A stretch of DNA of 64,000 bases from assembly GCF_009914755.1 (NCBI RefSeq), contig NC_060928.1; one strand, given 5' to 3'. The notes under the pieces were generated by a model, which was not told where the DNA came from, did not search any database, and saw only the letters and a program-made list of their open reading frames with translations. Of this stretch, positions 1 through 13,485 are shown piece by piece (positions within the stretch are counted from its first letter, which is position 1; the number at the start of each line of letters is the position of its first letter). The translations under genes were made by a program, and so were the position numbers. The DNA is from the human T2T-CHM13v2.0 reference genome, Homo sapiens.

Positions 1-1272
1 CCCACACATGTAGTAAAGCTTCTCTCTTTATGACTCTAGCATATGTAAATATATAGACAAAGGAAGAGTAGTAACTTAAAAGGGGAAGTACATTCTGTTA
101 TGTTTTGGTGAAAACGCAGAACAAAATACAGAAGCGAAACAAGTTTTCAAAAAATCTCTACTTTTCTTCTTCTGCCTAGAGAAACAGATGTACATTGTAT
201 TTATACAGATGCAACTTTCTTAAAATTAGAATAATGCATACCTTAAAATGATTGTTTTAGGTTATTTATTAGCAGCATAGCAAACAAATATCAACTTAAT
301 TAATAATTAACATTTTTGACAGCTATTTTATAAAATTTATTTCTTAAAAGTGTTTTTGAAATCTTTTCATATACATTAACATATATTCATATTTTATAGG
401 CTCTAAAGTATTATAAGATACATTATTGAAACACAATAAAAAATTAGTCCCTTCAATTTGATAAACTTTTTTACACAAATTGTCAATAAGTTATTCAATG
501 AAATACAAGAAACAAAAGTATAAATGTTGTCTTCTGTTTTGCATTCGTTCGCCCTGGGGTTTGTGAGTTTTGATGTCCTGTAATGAGGTTGTTTGCAGAA
601 TATATTACTAGATTGTCAAGATTTAAATGCATGTTTAATTTACAGCATCATTTGTACTCAGTTTTGAATATTTCACTTCAGCTTTCATTATTGCATAAAC
701 AGAAATTTTAACTTGTTATAAGTGACCCATGAAGGGGTCTGAGAAATACAAAATATACTCAAAACAGTGACAGGGAAGGCTCTTTGTGGCCAGCTGTGAT
801 GGACAGAGAAAGGCAAAGGTGGAGGTCAGAAGTGAGACCCCCACCGAGAAGCATGTGAAAGGAGAATTTACTTGTGGGAAAGAATAGAGAAGAGAAAAAT
901 GAATATAAAAGAAACTAAGGATCCTACCAAGATTATGACTAAAACAACTGGGTCATTGTTGATAAAAATGAGGCTATGAAAGAAGTAGATTTTATCCTTT
1001 AAGGCAGTGGAAATAGAATAATTAAAAGTTGCCTGGTCACCAAGACCATAGACTTGTAAGAAATTCATTCACGTGTTTTTTATTCATTTAGTCAGCTTCC
1101 CATTCTACAAATATTTTTAGTACGTGTCATGTGAAAGGCACTACTATTTTCTCTGCATTGAGTGTGGTAGATGTTCAGGGTAGATGAGATGAGATGACAG
1201 ATGGTCCTAGACACCCAGTAAGGATGAAGTACTGTTTTACGTTGACTTGGCTGGCAGCAGTGGGCAACCCTC

Positions 1273-1636
1273 TTCTATGTTCTGAATGTTTGTAGTTAGT
1301 GTCCCCTACTTCATTAACACATCAAAATACCCCCAAGATAATGAAATTAGAAGGTGGGAACTTGGGGGAGTTGATGACATCATGAGGGTAGTGCCCCCAA
1401 GAATGAGATTTGTGCCCTTATAAAAGAGGCCCCAGAGAGATCCTTGCCTCTTCTGCCATGTGAGGTTACAGCAAAAACACTGACATCTAGAAAGCTGACC
1501 CTGATTAGACACCAAATCTGCTGGCACCTTGATATTGAACTTCTCAACCTCCAGAACTGTGAGAAAGACATTTATCCTTTTTATAAGTCATTCAGTCTGT
1601 GGTAGGCTGTTATAGCAGCCCAAACAGACTAAGGCA
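1273..1636 (+). mobile_element. MaLR solo LTR, MLT1A-like
   Basis: Matches remembered consensus motifs: ctatgttctgaatgtttgt...gtgcccttataaaagaggccccagaga...ccatgtgagg...tatagcagcccaaacagactaaggca. Confidence 0.8.
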
Positions 1637-1669
1637 CTCTCCAACACCCCAGAGCATCAACAACACTAC

Positions 1670-2070
1670 ATTTTTAAAGTCAGGTTTATTGAGGTATAAT
1701 TTACATAGAGTTATGTAATCACCACCACAATCAAACTATAGAACAGTTATGCTACCCCCAAAAAAATCCCCAATGCCCCTTTGCAGTCATCCGCTCCCCC
1801 ACCCTCAGCCCCTGGCAATGACTGGTATATTTTCTGTCCCTGAAGTTTTATCTTTGCCAGAAAGTTATATTATGCAATCTATAGCATGTAACCTTTGAGC
1901 CTGTCATCTTTCATTGAACGTAATGCACCTGAAATTCTTGCGTGCTGTTGTGTGTTATCAGTAGCTCCTTACTTTTCACTGCAGAGTAGTATTCAATTCA
2001 ATTGTATGCATATATACAGTTTTTTTTTGTCCAGTTAGTTGCTGAAAAATATTTAGGTTGTACCCCATTT
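1670..2070 (-). mobile_element. Old L1M (L1MB-L1ME-like) 3' end fragment
   Basis: tttattgaggtataatttacata...accaccacaatcaa...cccctggcaatgactg...gcagagtagtattc, typical of an antisense L1M 3' UTR. Confidence 0.7.
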
Positions 2071-2904
2071 GTCAGATTTATTAGTAGATCCACTATGTAC
2101 ATTTGCATACAGGTTTTTAATACTGCACTTTAATATATCTTCTTTCTATCATTGTAGCTTCCAGCCTTTTAGTCAAAGAAACCATTTCTTCCTCAACTTT
2201 TCTAAAAATGCTTATGAGAATGTGTTGAAGTCTTGGCATCAAACCCCTTATTTATGAGTTAAAATTTATTGACCACCATGAGAAAATTATTTTATAAGAT
2301 AGTTTTGGAATGGAGGCCATCAAAAAATAAGAAAAAATATGGTAGTGATAGGAGAAGTTGGGCAGTATCTAAATGTAACTTTTGCCAAAGTACCTTCATG
2401 AAGTACTGAATGTATTTTCCATTTACTGGATATAAGACGATGTGCTGTGACCTGTGGAGGGATTAAAAACTATGATACTCAGTTCTTTGTCTTCATTTAT
2501 TTAAAAATATTTTTAACAACTTAGTAATAAGTGGCATCATATGGCATATATTTCTCTTTGTTAATTACAAAGGAAACTCCGAGGACAGGTTCTACATTTC
2601 ATTTTTGTTAACTTATATTTTGTTCTTTGTTTTTAAGTACTATGTCCTCAGTACCGTATCTGGCATATAGTAGGGCTTATTAAAGATTTTTGAATGTATA
2701 AGCAACCAGATAGAATTTTTTTAATGAAAAGTAAGAAAACATCATAAGGTACTTTGATTGACCAAGGGTCAATAAGTTTTAAAAGTTTGGAGTGGATAAA
2801 TCTAAGTAGAATGGAATCACTTAGGAAAGTAGAAAAGATAAGAGTTTCCTTTAGATTTTGTTGCTTTTTATGATTGATATACCTATTCCTCACATTTAAA
2901 CCAT

Positions 2905-3077
2905 AGTTCAGTTAATGTGAGACCAAATCAAATGTAAGACATACCATCATTTTAGGTATTACTAAGAATAATAACACACTATAATTTGAATTATGATCTA
3001 CCATTGTCTATAAGATGTATCCCAAATTAAAAAATATAAAATGAGAAAATGCAAATTATAAAATTAATGAAATATGA
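2905..3077. mobile_element. Tc2/Kanga-type DNA transposon remnant (MER104-like)
   Basis: tgtaagacataccatcatttta...taagatgtatcccaaatt...aatgaaatatg resembles the remembered MER104/Kanga terminus; degraded. Confidence 0.45.
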
Positions 3078-3429
3078 GATTTTTACCAAGTTTATATAGG
3101 ATATATTTAAAAATTATTTATAAAGTATTAAAATTTACACATATGACAGATACTATATTTTAAATTTTAATTTTTTGACTCTAACAAGAAAATTTAACAA
3201 AATATACGAATATACATGTACAAATAAGACATATACATATTGAAGTTCAATAATTACTTGAATGAATATAATATGACTTGCATGCATGTAAATATTCACG
3301 TGGGAAGTGACTACACACTCACTGTGAGCAACAACCATGTAATCAGAACACCTGTAGAGATAGCAACATTTTAGAACCTTTTGATTGAATTCCATTATGT
3401 AGATAGGGAAGGTTATAGTCCAGCATTTT

Positions 3430-3635
3430 TAGAAATGACCATTTTTTCGTGTGCTTACCACATGCAGGCATCGTGTTCAGCTATCAACGGTCATATGAGT
3501 TAATTGCTAGTGTTATCTGTATTTTATAGATGAAGAGAATGAGGCAGAGAGAAGGTCAGGAACTTGCTCAAAGTTGTACCTAACAAGGAGTAAAGTTTAT
3601 ATGTGAAAAAAGACAGTTTGACTCTAGAATTCATG
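3430..3635 (-). mobile_element. MIR SINE
   Basis: Core attttatagatgaagagaatgaggcagagagaaggtcaggaacttgctcaaagt. Confidence 0.7.
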
Positions 3636-4410
3636 TTTTTATTCTCTCTTCTATGGCTTCTCATGTTGGATACTGTTTTAGAGCACCAGGCTGTAACAGT
3701 TATAGTGACAAATAAGCATAGATTTAGGAGGAATATCTGAGTCATGAGGGGTCTGGAGGTTAATTTTCTTAACAGATGAATAAAATATCAAGAGGGGAAA
3801 GGAAGACAATGGGGGCATGGTAGGTGTCTTTAAAGATGTCAAGAACCATAGGATATTCTCAGCCAATGGTTGCAGGGGAGAGGGCACAGATATTCTCAAG
3901 AGCCAGATTTCAGCTGGGTATGAAGTAGAACTTAAAAAAGATCGGAGGTGACCACTATGAAGTGATCTTCCTCAAGCTGGATGAAGACAGAATTCAGGCA
4001 TTGGTAGGGGGATGAACTGAGTAACTTTAAACTACTTTATGTGATGTGTAGATGTAAAATTGTTAGAGAAATTCTTTTTTTTGATGGACCTCCAATCTGT
4101 TAAATGTTACATCCATTGAATCACTGGATATACCATATTGTAAAGCAATTTAATAAAAATACATTTTGCTTATTAAATAAAAATGATTAATGTACTGTGG
4201 AAACTACTAGCTAAGAACTGATAATGTAAAATTTCATCTTGCTTACTAAAACTCATCTGTCATAATAAGAAATTTTAATATAGAGTCCACTTTTATATCA
4301 ACATTTTTCTATAACTAACCATCATTAATATACTTTAAAAATCTAGTGAAACAGATTTCCACTAGACACAAAACACATTTCCCTGAAACACGTGCTTTTC
4401 AAAAAGATGT

Positions 4411-4721
4411 TGTTTTTGTTTTTTTTTTTCTTTTTTCTTTTGAGATGGAATCTCACTCTGTCACCCAGGCTGGAGTGCAGTGGCGTGATCTCAGCTCACT
4501 ACAAGTTCCACCTCCTGGATTCAAGTGATTCTCCTGCCTCAGCCTCCTGAGTAGCTGGGGTTACAGGCAGGCACCACCATGCCCGGCTAATTTTTGTATT
4601 TTTAGTAGAGACGGGGTTTCACCATGTTGGTCAGGCTGGTCTCAAACTCCTGACCTCGTGATCCGCCCGCCTCGGCCTCCCAAAGTGCTGGGATTATAGG
4701 CGTGAGCCACTGCACCCAGCC
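4411..4721 (-). mobile_element. AluS (Sg-like), full length
   Basis: Antisense Alu body with T-rich tail; target-site duplication (TSD) AAAAAGATGT at 4401-4410 and 4722-4731. Confidence 0.95.
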
Positions 4722-4777
4722 AAAAAGATGTATTTTTGAGATATATTAAATGAACGCCTTATTTTGTTTATAGTGGA

Positions 4778-5074
4778 TTTGTTGTTGTTTTGTGACAGGG
4801 TCTTGCTCTGTCACCCAGCTAAAGTGCAGTGGTGCTATCATAGCTCACTGTAGCCTTGAACTCCTGGGCTAACGTTATCCTCCTGCCTCAGCCTCCTGAG
4901 TAACTAGAGCTATAGGAGCATGTTACCAAGCCTGGCTAATTTTTAAAAATTTTTTGTGGAGGCACAGTCTTGCTATATTGCCCTTGCTGTTACCTCCTGG
5001 TGCCAAAAAATCCTCTCACCTTGTCCTCCCAAACTGATTGATAGGATTACAGTCATCAGCCACCATACCCAGCC
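4778..5074 (-). mobile_element. AluJ, diverged
   Basis: gacagggtcttgctctgtcacccag...tagctcactgtagccttgaactcctgggct (J-type motifs). Confidence 0.9.
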
Positions 5075-6179
5075 TTTATAGTACTTTAAATTCAGATTTC
5101 TTTGCTAATATCACTACTATACACCCATGCAAGGATATATTTTTACCAGATGTTGTGGGTAAAGAGAATGCTGAAATATGGATGACCTGTTTGTGCTTTT
5201 TTTTCCCTCACCAGAGAAATGTTTGAATGCGTCCTTGTGCTTCTTGAATTAGTATTTTATTTTGACTGAGATAAGAAATGTTATTTAACTTTTATTTTCA
5301 CCGTGTCTAGCAAAATATTTCCAATAATATGCTCCATTGATTCTTTGGTGGTTATAATAATCATAAAATACAAGTTGATTTTAAATTCAGACTTTAGATC
5401 CTCAGAAACTTCTGGATAAACACATAGGTAATAACAAGCAGGGATCCCTTATAGATTTTTTATTTTTTGTTAGAAATAGAAATAGTTGAAAAGAGTTTCT
5501 GCTCTTTGGACACATGTGCAGGACCCAATATGTGCTATTTTCTTGAAAAAAGGAATGGACCGCTAATGAACATTATTAAAGTTGGACCATTTATTGTCCT
5601 AGGCAAAAATTAGGTCACTGATGTCTCCGGCACAAGAATGAAAGTTGATTACCTCAACCGGAAATGAAAAGGAGACCAGCATGACTATTGCACCCTGAGT
5701 TCTGAGTACTCACAACGCAGCTGGTTTGGGTCATAAATTACTTGTTAATTGTGTATTTCTTTTTTAGAAGAAAAAGGAAATGATAGGCTTCTTTTTTTCC
5801 GATCTCCACCTGCCTGTCATTGGTAGGTGGCATAATGATCTGAGAGAGCTGAGGAAATTGCTGTTCAGAACTTGGACTAGTTTTAGGTCAGAGGATTGCT
5901 GGTCTTCATTTCCTAATTTGCCAAAGAAAATCTCCCTGCAAAATGAACCTGAAAACTCACAGACATATCAAATACTTTCTTGTTCAGGCCTCGTTTATTC
6001 TTCAGCATATGTTACTGTGAGTAATATATGTATATTTGTGATCACTTTTCAATATGTATAGTAATATTAGACCATAAATATAAATAATAATAATAGATGT
6101 TTATGGAGTATGAAAACTCTGTTCTAGTAATTACCAAATTAGTTACCAAACAGGACTTAAAAGAAAAATGATGTTAACA

Positions 6180-6430
6180 AATAGCTGCTATTTACTAATC
6201 CCTGACCATGTATCAGCAGTATGCTATGCACTTCACATGTATAAACTTTATTTAAACCTCAAAACAGCCCTCTGTGTAAGACTCTTTTTTTTTAGGTCCA
6301 TTTACTAATGAGAAAACAGAGGTACAGATATTTATAACAATTTCCCCAAAGTCATATATTTAGGACATGGAAGTTGGAATTTAAAATGAATTTGTCAGAA
6401 TCTCAAGCCTATCCTCTTATCCACTTTACT
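6180..6430 (-). mobile_element. MIR SINE
   Basis: ccatttactaatgagaaaacagaggtacaga...ccccaaagtcata core. Confidence 0.65.
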
Positions 6431-7024
6431 GTCTTCCCCTACTAAAAATAACCCTGATGAATGCATATCTTACTCGTCTTCCTGCTCTATTCCATCACGG
6501 TGCAATTCAGTTGGAAAGGAGGCTGATGTCAAGAAGTCAGAGGGCGCACTCTGTTGGCATCCGCTTCCTGACAACCCCACCAAGGGGTTTTTCAGACCAT
6601 ATTTAAATTCTTCTGATAAAACAGAGCTCAAATCGCCTAAGAAAGCAATTTTACCTTCATATCTATTATCATTTGACAAAATAAATTCTCCTGGGAGAAT
6701 AAAAGAACAAAATAAAATGATCTTTTCTATAGAGTCCTACAGTTTACAAATTCCACATGCCTTATTTAATTTTAATCTCCAAGTTATCTCTATGTTCGTT
6801 TAAGTATGCATTGTTAAAATTATCCCTATTTTATAGATACTGAAACTCTCCAAAAGATTAGGTGGCTTCATTTAATCAGCCATTCAGTAAACTTTTATCT
6901 GTGCCTTCTATATTCCCAGTACCCTTTAAACTATTAAGGATAGATAAATAAATAGAATGTAGGTCTATTCTTGAGGTCTTTAGAAAGCATGGCATTCTAG
7001 GGCTACAATCCCTGAGCACTACCC

Positions 7025-7150
7025 TTCTGCCTTTCTTAGTAGTTGTCAGAACTCAGTCACATGATCTCACCTAGATGCAAAGGTGCCTGGGAAGTAAAAT
7101 TTTGCTGAGTGCCCAGGAGAGAAATGAAATGGTTATATAGATATAGTATC
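7025..7150. mobile_element. Old MaLR LTR fragment (MLT1J/K-like)
   Basis: cagaactcagtcacatgatctcacctagatgcaaaggtgcctgggaagt motif. Confidence 0.5.
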
Positions 7151-7179
7151 TGCTCTGCTTCACTTAAGATTTAATAATT

Positions 7180-7495
7180 AATTATTAATATCATAACAGG
7201 TTACAAGATAAAATATCGTATGATTATCTCCACAGATAAAAATAGTAATAATAAAATGTAACACCCATTCCTGATATTAAAATGAAAACAAAACAATTCT
7301 TAGTAAATTAGGAATAGAGGGGAACCCCTTGAAATGTTAAAGAGCACAGTATCTTGTTAAAAAAAACCTCCAGCCATCATCATAACCAGTGATGACATAT
7401 TAAAAGCATCCATTTTACTACTAGGACTAAGTTAAGAATATTTACTATCATCACTTCAATTTAGCATTTTATTAATGACCCCTTGTCAGCACACA
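7180..7495 (+). mobile_element. Old L1M ORF2 fragment
   Basis: atgattatctc...aacacccattcctgat...attaggaatagagggga resembles the L1 ORF2 RT region; heavily degraded. Confidence 0.55.
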
Positions 7496-7504
7496 AATAA
7501 ATAA

Positions 7505-9243
7505 GGAAATCTCCTTCACCTGATATACAACTTCAGCAAAGTCTCAGGATACAAAATGTACAAAAATCACTAGCATTCCTATATACCAACAACAGTCAAG
7601 ACACAAACCAAATCAGGAACACATGCCTATTCACAATTGCCACTAAAAGAATAAAGTACCTAGCCAGGGAAGTGAAAGATCTCTACAAGGAGAACTACAA
7701 ACCACTGCTCAAAGAAATCAGAGTTGATACAAACAAATGGAAAAACATTCCATGCTCATGGATAGGAAGAACTAATATCATTAAAATGGCCATATTGCCC
7801 AAGTAAATTTATAGATTTAATGCTTTTTCTATCAAATTACCAATGACATTCTTCTCTGAACTAGAAAAAAACTATTTAAAAATTTATATGGAACTAAAAA
7901 AAGAGCCCAAATAGCCAAGGCAGTCCTAAGCAAAAAGAACAAAGCTGGAGGAGTCATGCTATCCAACTTCAAATTATACTACACAGCGAAAATAGCCTGG
8001 TACTGGTACAAAAACAGACACATAGACCAATGGAACAGAATAGAACCCAGAAATAAGGTCGCACACGTACAACCATCTGATTTTCAACAAAGCTGACAAA
8101 AGCAAGCAGTGGGGAAAGGACTCATTCAATAAATGATAGTGAGATAACTGGCTAGCCATATGCAGGAGATTGAAACTGGACCCCTTCCTCATAACATATA
8201 CAAAAATCAACTCAAAATGGATAAAATGTAAAAACCCTGGAAGACAACCTAGGCAATATCATTCTGGACATAGGAATAGGCAAATATTTCGTGACAGAGA
8301 CACCAAAAGCAAAAATTGACAAATGGGATCTAATTAAACTAAACAGCTTCTGCACAGCAAAAGAAACTATCAACAGAGTAAAGAGAAGACTTACAGAATG
8401 GGAGCAAAATTTGCATACTATGCCTCTGACAAAGGTCCAACATCTAGCATCTATAAAGAACTTCAAAAAATTTACAAGAAGAAAACAAGCCCCATTAAAA
8501 AGTGGACAAATGGCATGACCACTTTTCAAAAGAAGACACACATGCAGCCAAAAAGCATATGAAAATACAGGTCGACATCACTGATCATTAGAGAAATGCA
8601 AATCAAAATCACAATGGGACACCTTCTCATACCAGTCAGAATGGCTGTTATTAAAACGTCAAAAAATAACAGGTGCTGACGAGGTTGCTGAGAAAAAGGA
8701 ATGCTTATACACTCTTGGTGGGACAGAACTACCATTTGACCCAGCAATCCCATTACTGTGTATGTACACAAAGGAAGATTAATCATTCTGTCATAAAGAC
8801 AATACATGTGTAAGTTCATCGAAGCACTACTCACAATAGCAAAGACATGGAATCAACCTAAATACCCATGTAGATTAAATAAAGAAAATGTAGTACACAT
8901 ATACCATGGAATACTATGCAGCTATAAAAGAACAACAAGATCATGTCCTTTAGAGGGACATGGATGGAGCTGGAGATCATTATCCTTAGAAAACTAATGC
9001 AGGAGCAGAAAACCAAATACCAGATGTTCTCTCGTCAGCACCAGCTAAATGATGAGAACACATGAACACAGAGGGGAGCAACAGACACTGGGGCCTATTG
9101 GAGGATAAAGGGTGGAAGGAGGGAGAGGAGTGGGAAAAATAACTATTGGGTACTAGGCTTAGTACCTGGGTGACAAAAAAATCTATATAAAAAACCCCCA
9201 TGACAAACCCGGACACGTACCCCTGAACTTAAAACTTAAAAAA
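7505..9243 (+). mobile_element. 5'-truncated L1 (older L1PA/L1PB, about L1PA13-16): ORF2 C-terminal part plus 3' UTR, with internal deletions
   Basis: ORF-track fragments [25 protein letters not shown] (8291-8518) and IAKTWNQPK (8806-8997) are L1 ORF2p motifs; 3' UTR gggtactaggcttagtacctgggtgac; A-rich end. Multiple stops, so non-coding. Confidence 0.95.
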
Positions 9244-10298
9244 TCAACCTTATAGCGAAAGTATTAATGTTTTTGTGAAATATGTTGTTTTCTCTGCATA
9301 TTACTTTTATTTTTAATTTTAATCTATGAATAGATAAAATATTATCTTAGTTTAAAAATGAAAACTATTAAAAGTTTACATCAAATTGATTTTTTAAAAA
9401 TCAAATTCAGAATGTCAAAAGCAACTGTGTGATTAAGTCCCAAATTGCTTCTTCCTGCTGAGACATTGTTCTCCCTGTGAAACTTTCTAAATTTAAGATT
9501 CAAATATGTGGAAAATTATTAACGTAGCTATAAAACAATTTTACTTGGTTGTTAAAAAATTAGCAAGGTCATTGTATTCAGCGTTATCAGGTTATTTTGG
9601 TACACCAGACTTAGAGATTATATAGCTTCTTCCAAGGTTAATTCTAGGTCCTTTCCACTTAATTTTTTAAACACACAGAGGGTTTATTAGTTAATTAAAA
9701 TAAGATCTCAAATGAGGCTATTTTATCATCAATTTTCTGGTCCACAGATAATAGCTTATTGGGCCCTTCTCTTTAGAGTCCTAGAGTTTCGCATAGTAAA
9801 TATTGCATAGCTATGACCATTTTTCGCTCTTCACATTTCTGTTTCATAATGAGACACAAACTTCAAAACCCTCCCTATTCTTTTTCTTTTTATCTTATTG
9901 CCATAGACTTTGCTTCAGACATGTGTCATTTACCAACCCCTGAACAGTTCACATTTCTTTTCCTAATTGAGAAATAATAAAAGTTGTAAAATGACATTTA
10001 GTAATTGAACACAGTTTCTTGCCACAGATACTCTGCCTTGGGGTTCCAAGGACATTAACGTGACTGGTTTAACGGTTTCCTCCTGTTAAGAGAGAAGAGG
10101 GTGGGGTCAGAAAGGATTTTCTCTGGTTACCACCTCTCAGAATGCCTTGCACACCCTGGATTCTCCCCAAAAATGATTGACTAATTAACAGTTAGGACCA
10201 TTTACCAGCATTTGAGTGTTTAGGGTGGACTCATTTTAAAACCCCAGCTGTTTACAGGCTCCTTTCTAGGTCATTGGAAGAGTTGTTGCCACCTTTTT

Positions 10299-10730
10299 TG
10301 TATTAGTTTCCCTTGGCTGTTGTAACAGATTGTCACAAATTTGGTGGATTAAAACAAAAGACATTTATTATCTCCTAGATAAGTCTGAAGTCATGGTGTG
10401 GAGGACTAGACTGTCTTCTGAGGGTTTGGGGGGATATCTGTCCCTTTTCATTTCCAGCTTCTGGTGACTGTCAGCAACCCTTGGCTTGTGGCCGTGTCAC
10501 ACCCATCTCTGCCTCCACGTTCATGTAGCCTCTCCTCTGTGTGAACCAAATCTCCCTGTCCCTCTTATAAGGACACTTTCTACTAGATTTAGGGTCTACC
10601 CAGATAATCCAGGAGAATCTCTCTGTCACGCTCTTTAATCACATCTGCAAAGGCCCTGTTTTCTAATAAAGTAATATTTCCAGGTTTCGGGGATTAAGAC
10701 CTGACATCTTTCCGTGGCCATTATTCAGTA
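10299..10730 (-). mobile_element. MaLR solo LTR, MLT1C/D-like
   Basis: tgtattagtttcc...gctgttgtaacagattgtcacaaatttggtggattaaaacaa...cttataaggacac...aatcacatctgcaaag. Confidence 0.8.
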
Positions 10731-10874
10731 AGTGATACTATATTTACACATTTTCTAGGGCTGTCTTCCACAGTCCTTACTGCAAGGCAGAAAACTAAGT
10801 TTAAGGTTCCCAAATGCCCCTGTGCAACCCTGCCGTCTCCTGTCATTTTTGTTTGCTTTTAAAATGTATGTCTA

Positions 10875-11170
10875 GGCTGGGCGTGGTGGCTCACGCCTAT
10901 AATCCCAGCACGTGAAGAGTCTGAGATGGGCAGATCGTTTGAGCATAGGAGTTTGAGACCAGCCTGGACATTATGGCAAAACCCCATCTCTACAAAAAAT
11001 TTAAAAATTAGCCAGGCGTGGTGGCATGCACCTGGAGTCCCTGGAGTCCCAGCTGCTCAGGAAGCTAAGATTTGAGGTGGCTTGAGCCTGGGAGGCTGAG
11101 GTTGCTGTGAGCTGTGATTTCACTACAGTACTCCAGCCTGGGTGAAAGAGTCAGACCCTATCTCAAAAAG
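10875..11170 (+). mobile_element. AluJ
   Basis: ggctgggcgtggtggctcacgcctataatcccagc...gcttgagcctgggaggctgaggttgctgtgagc. Confidence 0.92.
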
Positions 11171-12864
11171 ATAAGTTCATTAATTAATAAAAACATATTT
11201 CTATGTTTTTCTTAGTGCACAAGTAATATGTACTCATTATTTTTTAAAAATATATTTTAAATAGAAAAATTTAGCAAAATAAAAATCATCTATAACCTGA
11301 CTATCCAAAAATAACCTATATTAACAGTTTCATTTTTTTCTAAGCATGTTGGCATTTTCAACGTCCTACATCTATGTTTGATGGATAAATGAATAAGTGA
11401 AGGAGCCAATAAATCACAGGACGTCTGCCTTCACAGAAGATCTGGTTAAGGAAGTGGAGCTTGGACTCCTCAAGATCAATTGTGTCTCTGACTATCAGCT
11501 GCATGCTCCTCAAATTACTGGTGCTTTACCATTCCTTCTGTAAGATGACAATAGTTCTGGCACATAGTAAACCTCTGTAGATGTTACTTATTACAATTCA
11601 GGGTGGGAAAAGGCACTCCAAGTGGAGGAACTTGGAATGGAAATTGTTGGCAGGTGGTTTTGTGTCAACATTTGCATTAGTTTTCCTCTCAATTAAAATT
11701 TTTCAAAAATAACAAAGAGCACCTCAAGAAAGGTAGTGGGATGTTCCAGACAAATGTTGAATGCCTGTAATATTACAGAGTGGTTCATATAATACATGTA
11801 TATTAAGAAAGCTAATTTCTAGGTCTCTTACAATTTTGAGAGTGTGATTGTAGACTTTTGGTTTTAGAATCAAGTCTTCCTTTCCCTCATTTCCAATGTG
11901 CCTCCTCTCACAATCGAGGAATGTCTCCATCCTCCAATGAATCAAAACATGTTGAAAAACAGAAGTGACCGTATGGTAGCTAGATTGGTGATGGCTATGC
12001 TCCCAAGAAGAATGCTCATGCAGGAAAACTCTATCTGAGAAGAAATTCATGTTCTCCTGTTCTGTCCAGTGTGGAAATTAACATGGGGTAAAGGATCCTC
12101 CGGTCTAAAAAGAAAGTGTTAAACGTTTTAAAATGAGTTATATCAGGAACACTCAAAATACTACATATCTTTTTCTCTATCAAAATTAATGCTCTCCTGT
12201 TAGTCTCCTAGGATCTGAATACCTGTAATATTAAATAATATAATGAAAACACTTTAAAATTAAATGAGCCCAGAATGATAATGCTTCTCAAGTGTAGATC
12301 TGCAGTTTACAATATAAAATAGCAAGATGAGACATCTGATTATTTGTTTCTATTTATTTGCTAATTATAAAATAGTCTCATACAATTATTTTTGTCATTT
12401 TAAATTTAAACAATGATTTGGAAATATTACATGTTTTCCTTGCTTTTGTGTTTTTATTAGCTGAGAATATAGTACATTCTACAGTGTGTACGGCTTTATT
12501 GATAGTATGCTACAGTTTTCTATAAGGAAATTTATAACAATGCTTAGGTCAGTGTTCTCCCAAAAAATTATGCATCAGAATTACTAGGGTAGATTCCAAA
12601 ATGGTTACCAATTTGCAAGTCTTCCCATCTCTTTTCTCCCCCTGGTAGTACCCCCAGGAATCTATGTAACTAATTTCAGAAGCTAAGAAGAACTTGATAA
12701 CTATTTATAAAACTTCCCCAAACTGCTTTAATAGCAGCCATTGATTAGAAAGAGGAACATAAATTGGCTTAACAGCTAATGGTAAATCCTTAAAGCAGTT
12801 TGCATTTATTCCATTACTTTTTATTCACACAAATATGTATTAAGAATTTATCATGCCAGAGTCT

Positions 12865-13000
12865 GCCTGGTGTTCCCTGAGCTTTAATTTTCTCATTTAT
12901 AAAAAGAGAAATACCTATGTTACAGAGTAATTGGGTAAATTAATGACATAAATTACATGCAAAGTGTTTAGCAAAGTAATAGTCAAGAAATATCACTAAT
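12865..13000 (+). mobile_element. MIR SINE fragment
   Basis: ctgagctttaattttctcatttataaaaag...aaattacatgcaaagtgtttagca. Confidence 0.55.
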
Positions 13001-13279
13001 CATCCTTATCAACATCAAACGCTATGGTATTTATTATTAGATTGCTAATTAGAGGTTTACTTGTTTTACTAACTATTCTAGCCTTGCAAACACGATAGTA
13101 AAAACTGACTTCAAATTTTCTAGTTAGTTTATCTCTCTGTTTACTCACCTAGGTTATAATACTAGCAGATATATATTGAAACTTTACTACAATCATTTCA
13201 TTATTTGGGGATTTGCAAAATATGGGCCCAAAATAGCTTAAAGGTCTGGTATATTAGATTTTTAAATATTAAAATAATA

Positions 13280-13485
13280 AATACTGTGTACCAGGCACTT
13301 TTGTACAAACTTCGCATGTATTAGCTAACAATGATGCCATGAAGTAGGATCTATTTTTATCCCATTTTACAGATGACGAACCTGAGGAAGGGGGAGAAAT
13401 AGTTTGCTTGAAGTCATGTGACTAAAAGGTGTTAATGGGAACCTGAACCTAGGCAGTTTGACTCTAGAATAGATTTACTTAATCA
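13280..13485 (-). mobile_element. MIR SINE
   Basis: ccaggcact...atcccattttacagatgacgaacctgagg...ctgaacctaggcagtttgactctaga. Confidence 0.75.

Noticed and set aside
7974-9216. Cluster of 60-109 aa ORFs on both strands
   Set aside because: Broken L1 ORF2 fragments and their antisense frames, not host genes.
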